Source of the DNA: Deinococcus radiodurans R1 = ATCC 13939 = DSM 20539
GTDB taxonomy: Bacteria > Deinococcota > Deinococci > Deinococcales > Deinococcaceae
Assembly (NCBI RefSeq): GCF_000008565.1
Contig: NC_001264.1
Span: forward strand, 256,346 to 288,345
DNA length: 32,000 bases
Reading direction: 5' to 3'
Part shown: positions 23,096 through 32,000 of the stretch, one piece after another
Numbering within the stretch: position 1 is the stretch's first letter
Layout: the number at the start of each line of letters is the position of its first letter
Translations under genes and position numbers: made by a program
Notes under the pieces: generated by a model
What the model was told of the DNA's origin: nothing
What the model saw: only the letters and a program-made list of their open reading frames with translations
Databases searched by the model: none

Positions 23096-23214
23096 AGCGG
23101 GCCCTTTCTCGAATCAAAACCCCTCTCCGGCGGCGCGGGCAAAAAAGCTCCGCAAGGCAGGAGAGGGCGTCGCGTGGCGGTGGGAGGGAGGTATTCCCCT
23201 CCCCCCCTCGGCAC

Positions 23215-24354
<1,140 letters not shown>

Positions 24355-24658
24355 GGGGAATCCTCCAAAGGAAAAAGTCAGCGCCAGGACTCGCCGGACA
24401 CCACAACAAATTGAACTGAACGAACGGATGTTAGCAAAAGCTTGAGGCAGTTCACATCCAGCTTGCACAGCCCGCAACTGTCTAGCCAAATGTCAGAAAT
24501 CTAGAAAAGTTTGGCGCGGTTCTGCCTCCCCGCTGCGGAACGCGCTAAACTCCGGTCATCCACCAACCATCTGGGTGCCGTGAACCGGCCAGTCGGCGGA
24601 GGGCAGTGCTGCCCTTTCTTCTCTTCCTGGCAGGCCATGGCATCTGCTCAGGAGACCT

Positions 24659-26361
<1,703 letters not shown>

Positions 26362-26393
26362 GCGACTGAATTCACGACCACATTTTTCCAAAA

Positions 26394-26429
26394 GCGTCCC
26401 GGCCTCCTTGTGCCGGGCGCTTTTCTTTT
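26394..26429 (+). terminator. Intrinsic terminator after the acyl-CoA ligase gene
   Basis: gcgtcccggc (26394-26403) pairs with gccgggcgc (26412-26420), with one bulge. It is followed by ttttctttt (26421-26429). Confidence 0.7.
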
Positions 26430-26431
26430 GG

Positions 26432-26576
26432 GCTGGGAAGTTGAGCTGGGAAGGCAGACAAACCACCCAGCGTTCTGAAGAAAATCTGCTGGCTTTCTTT
26501 CTTTCTTGCCACCTCCTGCTAGAGTCGCTCTTGAGACTCTTTGTCAGGTCAGGCTCTCCCACGGCGCTGACCTGAC
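26432..26576 (+). promoter_or_regulatory. Leader/promoter region of the three-gene module, containing direct and inverted repeats (candidate RHH operator sites)
   Basis: The direct repeat gctgggaag occurs at 26432-26440 and 26445-26453. A (cttt)3 tract lies around 26494-26507. The palindrome agagtc/gactct is at 26521-26526 and 26535-26540. A perfect 10-bp inverted repeat, gtcaggtcag (26543-26552) and ctgacctgac (26567-26576), ends 6 nt before the RBS GAGGAGG (26583-26589). Confidence 0.45.
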
Positions 26577-26595
26577 GCGCCGAGGAGGTGCCGAC

Positions 26596-26802
26596 ATGTC
26601 CCCCCAGGACCCCCGTAACGTCCTGCCCGATCCCCACGAATCTGTTTCCGCCTCCAGCACCGACCCGCTCGAACCGTTCAACAGCCGCCTGCCACGCAGT
26701 TTGCAGCGGCGGCTGCGGGTGTACGCCGCGCTGCATGACCGCAAAATTCAGGACGTGCTGGGCAGCGCCCTCGACGAATACCTGCGCCAGCGGGAGGAGT
26801 AG
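26596..26802 (+). CDS. Small ribbon-helix-helix (CopG/Arc/MetJ-like) DNA-binding protein
   Basis: ATG at 26596 lies 6 nt after GAGGAGG (26583-26589); the TTG at 26506 listed in the track is less likely. The protein is 68 aa. The C-terminal 40 aa, FNSRLPRSLQRRLRVYAALHDRKIQDVLGSALDEYL, fits a strand-helix-helix pattern. Confidence 0.65.
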   Translation: MSPQDPRNVLPDPHESVSASSTDPLEPFNSRLPRSLQRRLRVYAALHDRKIQDVLGSALDEYLRQREE

Positions 26803-26805
26803 GCC

Positions 26806-28353
26806 ATGCCGCCGGACTCCCCTCTGGGCACCCTGGCCGATGTGAGCGCGCCGCCCGGCCCCGCCGCGCAGATCGTGGCTGAGGAACGCTCGGTGTTCCT
26901 GCCGACCCGCGAACTGGCGCTCGAAGTCTGGCTGGGCGAGCAGCGGCTGTCGTTTTTCATCAACGGCAACCGTGACCGCGTGCCGCACATCGAGCAGCTC
27001 ACGTCGGCAGGGGTCAGCATTCGCCTGACCGACTGGGTAGGCCGCCTGCCCTTCCGGCTGGTCTACGAGGACAGCGAAGAAGTGCAGGAAGTGGTCGTTT
27101 ACCCCGCCAAGCTCTCGCGCACGCCGGGCACCGCGTTTGCCGCCCTGGCGCGGATGGTGGCCGAGCTGCCCGAGTTGCAGCGGCGGCTGCACTTCGAGGG
27201 GGGTGACCTGCCCGAAGCGCTCAGCGGGGTGCAGACCCTGTGGACGGTGCCGCTGCGCGCCCAGGACCTGCTGGAGCTGGCCGGAGAAGCGTGGCAACTG
27301 TGGCAACTCGCCCGGCGGCAGCCGCGCCCGGCGCACAGCGCGCAGGCCGGACGCGCCCGCGAGCGCGTGGTGCTGGGCGGACAGGTGCCCGACCGGGTGG
27401 ACTGGAACCGCACGCTCGACCTGTGGGGCCGCGGCGAGTTTCCGCACCACGTCGCCCTCGACCTGCCTGCGCCGCAGCCGCCGCCCGCGCTGGCCGCCCT
27501 GCGTGAGCTGTGGCAGGCAATGGAAGAGGCCGCCGCGCAACTCGCTCCTGGCCCTGAGCGCGACGAGGTGCAGAGGCGTTTTGCCCGCGCCCTGGCGGAG
27601 TTTCCCCGGCCTGACCCGGCAAGCACGCCTGCTGCGGCCCGGCCCGGCCCCCCGGCCCGCGACCCCCTGTCGCGCCGCGCCGCGCAGCTCACCGCCGAGG
27701 TGCGTTCGCTCACCCGGCCCACCAGCGGGCTGCCGGGGGGGCGGGTCCGCATGGCCGAGCTGTACGAGTTCTGGGCGCAGATGACGCTGGCGCGGGTGTT
27801 CGGCGCCGTGCAGGGCGAGCTGTCCACCACCGCCGACGGCCTCTACACCGGCACCCTCCGCAGCGAGACCGGGCCCCTGCACAGCGACGCAGAGCCGAAC
27901 GAAACGCAGCCCTGGGCCACCGTGTCGCTCAATCCCCGGCTGATGTTCAGCGGCATCGGCTCGTCCTCGCAGACCTTGCAGCCCGACCTGCTGGCGGTGC
28001 TGGGGCAGGGCGCCGGGAGCGAAGTCGTGGTGGCCGACGTGAAATACCGACCCCTGGACCGCCTGGGCACCGACCACCAGCGCGAAATCAACGACCAGTT
28101 GCTGCGCTACATGGGCCTGACCCACGCCGCCACCGGGCTGGTGCTGTGGCCCGGCAGCGACCCCGAGGCGGACCTGGACGGCGCCGCGCCCCCCGACCCC
28201 ACGACTGACCGCCGCCTGAGCATCTTGCCGGGAGGCCGCGCCCGGCTGGTGCGGCTGCGGCTGCATCCCCTCGATCCGCCGCACCACCTTGACGACGACC
28301 TGCGCGACCTCGGGCTGCTGCCTGAGCGCCCTGAGCCCCACCCGGAGAACTGA
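26806..28353 (+). CDS. McrC/DUF2357-like protein with C-terminal PD-(D/E)xK nuclease core
   Basis: ATG at 26806 lies 8 nt after GGGAGGAG. The protein is 515 aa. The N-terminal McrC-like strand motif is VVVYPAKL. The nuclease motifs are AELYEFW (from 27757), QPD (D at 27985), VVADVKY (D-x-K at 28036-28044) and QLLRY (to 28110). Confidence 0.7.
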   Translation: MPPDSPLGTLADVSAPPGPAAQIVAEERSVFLPTRELALEVWLGEQRLSFFINGNRDRVPHIEQLTSAGVSIRLTDWVGRLPFRLVYEDSEEVQEVVVYPAKLSRTPGTAFAALARMVAELPELQRRLHFEGGDLPEALSGVQTLWTVPLRAQDLLELAGEAWQLWQLARRQPRPAHSAQAGRARERVVLGGQVPDRVDWNRTLDLWGRGEFPHHVALDLPAPQPPPALAALRELWQAMEEAAAQLAPGPERDEVQRRFARALAEFPRPDPASTPAAARPGPPARDPLSRRAAQLTAEVRSLTRPTSGLPGGRVRMAELYEFWAQMTLARVFGAVQGELSTTADGLYTGTLRSETGPLHSDAEPNETQPWATVSLNPRLMFSGIGSSSQTLQPDLLAVLGQGAGSEVVVADVKYRPLDRLGTDHQREINDQLLRYMGLTHAATGLVLWPGSDPEADLDGAAPPDPTTDRRLSILPGGRARLVRLRLHPLDPPHHLDDDLRDLGLLPERPEPHPEN

Positions 28354-28354
28354 C

Positions 28355-30325
28355 ATGAACTTCACGACTATTTTTGCCCAGTACAAGATTGCCCGCGAAA
28401 CTTTGGCCACCCTTTCTCCCGAGCAGCAAGAAGCGCTGGAGCGCGCAGCCTGGGGCGCCGACTGGTCTACCGATGCGGGCGGGGGAATGCTTTCGCCGTT
28501 GCTGCCGTTGCAGATGCCGCCGGACCCCGAGCCGGGTGGCGCGGCGCCGCCGCAGACGCGAGCGCTCGACTTTCCCTGGGCCGACCGCGCGACGGCGGGG
28601 CAAGCGCGGCAGGCGGCGCAGGCCCAACTGGTGGTGTTCGACGTGTCGAGCGCGGCGCCGCTCGGCGGAGAAATGCGGCTGATTCACTCGGCGCATTTTG
28701 CCGACATGCAGGGCGACCCGCTGATCGCCTACGCGCCCGCGCCGCACAAACTGGGCCAGCAGGTGATTCAGGCCGAGCGCGCAGACATGGGCCTCGGCCA
28801 GCTCACCCGCACCACCGTCTTCGCTTACCGCGCCCTGCCGCCGGGACAGGAGGTGCGAACGCTGGAAGCGCGGCTGGTCTTTTTGCCGCGCAAGAATCAG
28901 GTGAGCAAGGTGCGTTGGCTGGCGGCTTACGACCACCAGTTGCAGGTGCAGGGCGGCGAAACGCGGCATGTCTGTCAACTGCGAGCGGCGCTCGACCAGG
29001 AAGGCAACGGCAAGCGCAGTTTTCACGCCTCCACCCTGGGCAGCACCCAGCTCAGCCCCCTGGCGCTGCACGCCCTGAGCGCGGGCGGCACCCGGCCCTA
29101 CGCCACGCTGGAAAACGAAACCGCCCCGGCGCCCACCCCGGCGGCGCGGCACCTGCTCGACGAACTGCTCAACCCGCCGGTGCCCGCGCCCCCCAAGGTC
29201 AAGCCGCCCAAACCTCCCAAGCCGCCGAAGGCGAACCGCAAGGCCAAGCCCGCGCCCGTTGCGCCGGAACCTGTGGAAGCCGCATCTCCTCCTGAAGAAC
29301 CTGCCGCCGAGCCGCCCGCACCCGCTGCGCCAGTCTCGGAAGCCCCAGCCACCGACATTCCAGCCCCTGAAGTCCCAGCCACCGAACCTCCCGCGCCGCA
29401 GCCCGCGCCCGACCCCTGGGCCGCCATAGATGCCCGAATTGCGGTGGACGAGGACGTGCTGGCCGTGTCACGCGCCGCGCTCGAACGGCGCCGGCCTCTG
29501 CTGCTGACCGGCGCGCCCGGCACCGGCAAGACGCTGCTCGCCACGCTGCTGGCCGAGGTGCTGTGCGGCCCTGGCAACTTCACGCTGGTCACCGCCGACG
29601 CCCGCTGGACGAGCAGCGAGGTGCTCGGCGGCCTGCGGGTCATGCCCGGCGAGGGCCTGCGCTACAGCTTCGTGCCGGGGGTGGTCACGCGGGCGGCGCA
29701 GCGGCACCGCGAAAGTATGCAGGCGACCGGGCGGCCCCACGCCCTCATCATCGACGAATTCAACCGGGCGCATCAGGACGAGGCGTTCGGGCGGCTGCTC
29801 ACGCTGCTCGACCCCGCCTACCGTTCCCAGATGCCGTTGGTGGGCGTGCAGGACGGTGCCCCCGAGGACGTGTTTTTGCCCGCCGACTTCGTGCTCATCG
29901 CCACCATGAACGACGCCGACGTGGGGCGGCTGCATGAAATCGGCTCGGCCTTGCAGCGCCGCTTCGTGACGGTGCCGGTGGGGGTGCCTGCCGGGGAGCG
30001 CGCCTTTCTGGAACGGAGCTGGGCGCACCTGCCCGCCGGAACACTGGGGACGCTCTACGACTTCGTGGGCAGCGGCGACCCTGTCAGCGACCGTGAGGCC
30101 GGGCGACTGCGCGGGTTCGTGACAGTGGGGACCTTTTTCATGGAAGAGGTGCTGGGCATGGCGACCGATCTGGGCCTCGACCGGGCGCTGCGCAGTCAGG
30201 TGGCGCCGCAGCTCGGCAGCCTGGGCCGCAGCGACCTCGCCGCACTCGAAGCCCGCGCCCGGCAGACCGGCCTCCCCAAACTCGCCGCGCAACTGGCGAC
30301 GGCAGGGCAGCAAGCTCCGTTCTGA
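28355..30325 (+). CDS. McrB-like AAA+ GTPase with an unrecognised N-terminal domain and a Pro/Ala-rich linker
   Basis: ATG at 28355 lies 1 nt after the upstream TGA and is preceded by GGAG. Motifs are Walker A GAPGTGKT (29510-29533), Walker B LIIDEFNRA (D at 29753), the McrB-type signature TMNDAD (NxxD, N at 29909) and ALQRRF (around 29957). Confidence 0.8.
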   Translation: MNFTTIFAQYKIARETLATLSPEQQEALERAAWGADWSTDAGGGMLSPLLPLQMPPDPEPGGAAPPQTRALDFPWADRATAGQARQAAQAQLVVFDVSSAAPLGGEMRLIHSAHFADMQGDPLIAYAPAPHKLGQQVIQAERADMGLGQLTRTTVFAYRALPPGQEVRTLEARLVFLPRKNQVSKVRWLAAYDHQLQVQGGETRHVCQLRAALDQEGNGKRSFHASTLGSTQLSPLALHALSAGGTRPYATLENETAPAPTPAARHLLDELLNPPVPAPPKVKPPKPPKPPKANRKAKPAPVAPEPVEAASPPEEPAAEPPAPAAPVSEAPATDIPAPEVPATEPPAPQPAPDPWAAIDARIAVDEDVLAVSRAALERRRPLLLTGAPGTGKTLLATLLAEVLCGPGNFTLVTADARWTSSEVLGGLRVMPGEGLRYSFVPGVVTRAAQRHRESMQATGRPHALIIDEFNRAHQDEAFGRLLTLLDPAYRSQMPLVGVQDGAPEDVFLPADFVLIATMNDADVGRLHEIGSALQRRFVTVPVGVPAGERAFLERSWAHLPAGTLGTLYDFVGSGDPVSDREAGRLRGFVTVGTFFMEEVLGMATDLGLDRALRSQVAPQLGSLGRSDLAALEARARQTGLPKLAAQLATAGQQAPF

Positions 30326-30343
30326 ATATCCGGGGTTCAGCCC

Positions 30344-30940
30344 TCACAACAGGGTGAAGTAGCTGTCCCCCGCGCAGCCCCGGCACAGGGTTTCGTCTCC
30401 CTGCACCACCTCACGCTCGTTGACGATTTCCTCGCCGCAGCGGTCACACACGGCGCGTTTGCCGGCAGCACTGACGAGGGCCGCGAGGTCAAAGCGCAGG
30501 TCCACCGGCTGCACGTCGAACAGGTCGGCGTCCGGCCAGGTCTGGTAGGCGTCGAGGTACGCCTGATAGCGTGTTTGTCCCTCGGGGCGCCCGGCACGCA
30601 CCCGCGCCCGCAGGTCGGTCTGGGGCCGCACGCGCACCGCTCGCCCACTGCGGGTGTCCACCACCGCAGCGGCGACCTTGCCGTGGTCCACGAGCCGCAG
30701 CGTGCGCCGCCCCAGCCAGCAGCCGCTGCCCACGCTCACACCATCGGCGAAGCAGCCGTCGGTTTCGACGAAGACCAACGCCCGTTTGTCGCTGCGAGGA
30801 AAGTCCAGTCCCAGCGTCTCCCCCGCCAGCAGCGCCAGCCGCACGCCCAGCACCTGACGCGGGCAGAGGTGGCCGTGCAGCGCGCTGCTGCGGGCGAGCA
30901 GGTCGGCCAGGCGCGGGTCCGGCGGGGCGTGAGCGGTCAT
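30344..30940 (-). CDS. FmdE-family protein with C-terminal zinc ribbon
   Basis: 198 aa with ATG at 30940. The FmdE-like N-terminus is HGHLCPRQVLGVRLALLAG...VFVETDGCFADGVSV. The C-terminal CxxC...CxxC is CDRCGEE...LCRGCAG. Confidence 0.75.
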   Translation of the reverse strand: MTAHAPPDPRLADLLARSSALHGHLCPRQVLGVRLALLAGETLGLDFPRSDKRALVFVETDGCFADGVSVGSGCWLGRRTLRLVDHGKVAAAVVDTRSGRAVRVRPQTDLRARVRAGRPEGQTRYQAYLDAYQTWPDADLFDVQPVDLRFDLAALVSAAGKRAVCDRCGEEIVNEREVVQGDETLCRGCAGDSYFTLL

Positions 30941-31016
30941 TGGGCGCCAGTGTGGCGGACGGGCGGGCGGGCAATGGTCAGATGGAGCGCAAAAGAAGCG
31001 TGGGCAGAGGGCCGCC

Positions 31017-32000
31017 TTACCCTTCCCGGTCCAGCAATCGCCACGCCGTCACGTCGAGCAGGCCGCGCGGCGTCAGCTTGAGCGCCGGAATCACGCTCAG
31101 GCCGAGAAAACTCAGGGTGGTGACGGGATAGGGCAAGGTGCAGCCCAGCAAGCGCGCCGCCGCCGTCACCCGGCCCAGGGCAGCGGCGGCCTCGGCCGGA
31201 GGCTGGTCGGTCATCAGACCCGCGTAGGGCAGGGGCAACTGCTCGCGGACCTCGCCGTCCACGACCAGGACGATGCCGCCGCCGAGCCGTTCGAGCGCCC
31301 GACCCGCCGCGCGCAGGTCCGCGTCGCTGCCGCCGAGCAGGGCCACCTGATGCGCGTCGTGCAGAATGCTGATGCCCAGGGTGCCGCCGCGCAGGCCGCT
31401 GCCCAACGTCCAGCAGCTCGACCACTCGCCGCGCCCGTAGCGGTCGGCGACGACCAGCCGGGCGTCTCCGCTGCCCGGCGCCGCACGCCCGGTGACGATC
31501 TGGTCGGGAAACATCTGGAGCGTGGGCCAGTGCGCGGGCGGATCGAAGGTGGCCCCGTCCCAGCCGGGCCCGAGGTCGACGCCGCCACCGGGCAGGGGGG
31601 GCGTCTCGCCGCCGGGCCGCGCTTCCTCGCCGCCCACGAAGGTTTCCAGCACCCCGAAGTGTTGCAAGTCGCGCAGCAGCACGAAGTCGGCGTGATACCC
31701 AGGGGCGATCACCCCGAGGTCGTGCAGGCCCCAGTATTTCTCGATACCGCGCGCCCGCTGCGCTTCCCGCACGTCCTGCACGGTCTGCGCGACCACCGGA
31801 ATAAAGCGCAGGGTGAGCGACACGGCGAGGCTCACCCGCGCCGGATTGACCCCCAGCCGGGCCAGCGGCAGGGCGGCCCGTTCCAGTCCGGCCAGCAGCG
31901 CCGAAGTGCGTGTGGTGAGCGTGACCAGCGAGGCGAGCAGAATCATCACCCCGAAGCGCAGGGCGGTGACGACAGCGGTTTCCCAGTTCGTCAGCAGCCC
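31017..32000 (-). pseudogene. Chimeric ORF: an EcfT/CbiQ-type transporter segment fused in frame to the C-terminal domain of adenine deaminase (5' end outside the window)
   Basis: The reading frame is open to the window edge. The upstream part, ...TNWETAVVTALRFGVMILLASLVTLTTRTSALLAGLERAALPLARLGVNPARVSLAVSLTLRFIPVVAQTVQDVREAQRARG, is EcfT/CbiQ-like. From about 31740 downstream, GVIAPGYHADFVLLRDL... plus about 230 aa resembles the end of the amidohydrolase fold and the C-terminal domain of adenine deaminase. Confidence 0.55.

Noticed and set aside
23120-23205. Possible fourth degenerate copy of the small repeat family in the liv intergenic spacer (shared ccctctcc/ggagaggg words)
   Set aside because: The order and spacing of the shared words differ from copies A to C, and the conserved ccttgcRaagcaagggg core is absent. 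I treated it as an independent hairpin region.
24598-24630. A short hairpin, gggcag/ctgccc, followed by a T-rich tract about 30 nt upstream of the ligase start. It could be an attenuator or leader.
   Set aside because: The stem is only 6 bp, with no upstream ORF or recognisable riboswitch features. This is too weak to call.
26596-26802. The RHH protein could be the antitoxin of a classical type II toxin-antitoxin pair.
   Set aside because: The downstream partners are a 515-aa McrC-like nuclease and a 656-aa McrB-like GTPase, not a small toxin. A transcriptional regulator role fits better.
26800-26808. The RHH gene and the nuclease gene are in the same reading frame, separated only by TAG plus one codon. 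This could mean a stop-codon read-through fusion or a nonsense-split gene.
   Set aside because: A strong GGGAGGAG Shine-Dalgarno sequence lies at optimal spacing before the ATG at 26806, and the RHH fold is complete before the stop. Independent initiation is the simpler reading. I cannot exclude read-through without proteomics.
28289-28354. Upstream TTG start (from the ORF track) for the GTPase gene, overlapping the nuclease gene by 65 nt
   Set aside because: The ATG at 28355 lies directly after the upstream stop with a GGAG at suitable spacing. The extra 22 residues (MTTTCATSGCCLSALSPTRRTD) look non-native.

Overview
This is a high-GC (roughly two-thirds G+C by eye) bacterial chromosomal segment. 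The small non-coding repeats, the IS element and the gene content suggest Deinococcus, possibly D. radiodurans or a close relative; that attribution is from memory and was not searched. Most of the window is ordinary metabolism, transport and stress genes. These are a family-5 peptide ABC binding protein, a translationally coupled MarR and DHA2-type MFS exporter, a leishmanolysin-like lipoprotein protease, a large acyl-CoA dehydrogenase, a quinone oxidoreductase overlapping a MerR regulator, an Ntn-hydrolase acylase next to a PaaK-type CoA ligase, a katE / Tat-exported ferritin-like / ankyrin cluster, a Liv-type branched-chain amino-acid ABC operon with a fused permease-ATPase, and a frameshifted acyl-CoA ligase. 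Mobile and repeat content consists of one intact IS4-family element with 20-bp inverted repeats and a 6-bp target duplication, plus three copies of a MITE-like small repeat. The most interesting locus is a compact three-gene operon at 26596-30325. It encodes a small ribbon-helix-helix protein, a 515-aa McrC/DUF2357-like PD-(D/E)xK nuclease, and a 656-aa McrB-like GTPase. The GTPase carries an unrecognisable ~270-aa N-terminal domain and an ~80-aa Pro/Ala-rich linker. I interpret this as a divergent, possibly undescribed McrBC-like (type IV restriction-like) defence module. It sits between two decayed genes: the frameshifted ligase upstream and an EcfT/adenine-deaminase chimera downstream. Many long ORFs in the supplied track are antisense shadows of real genes, which is typical of high-GC DNA, and were rejected. 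No rRNA, tRNA or CRISPR array was seen.
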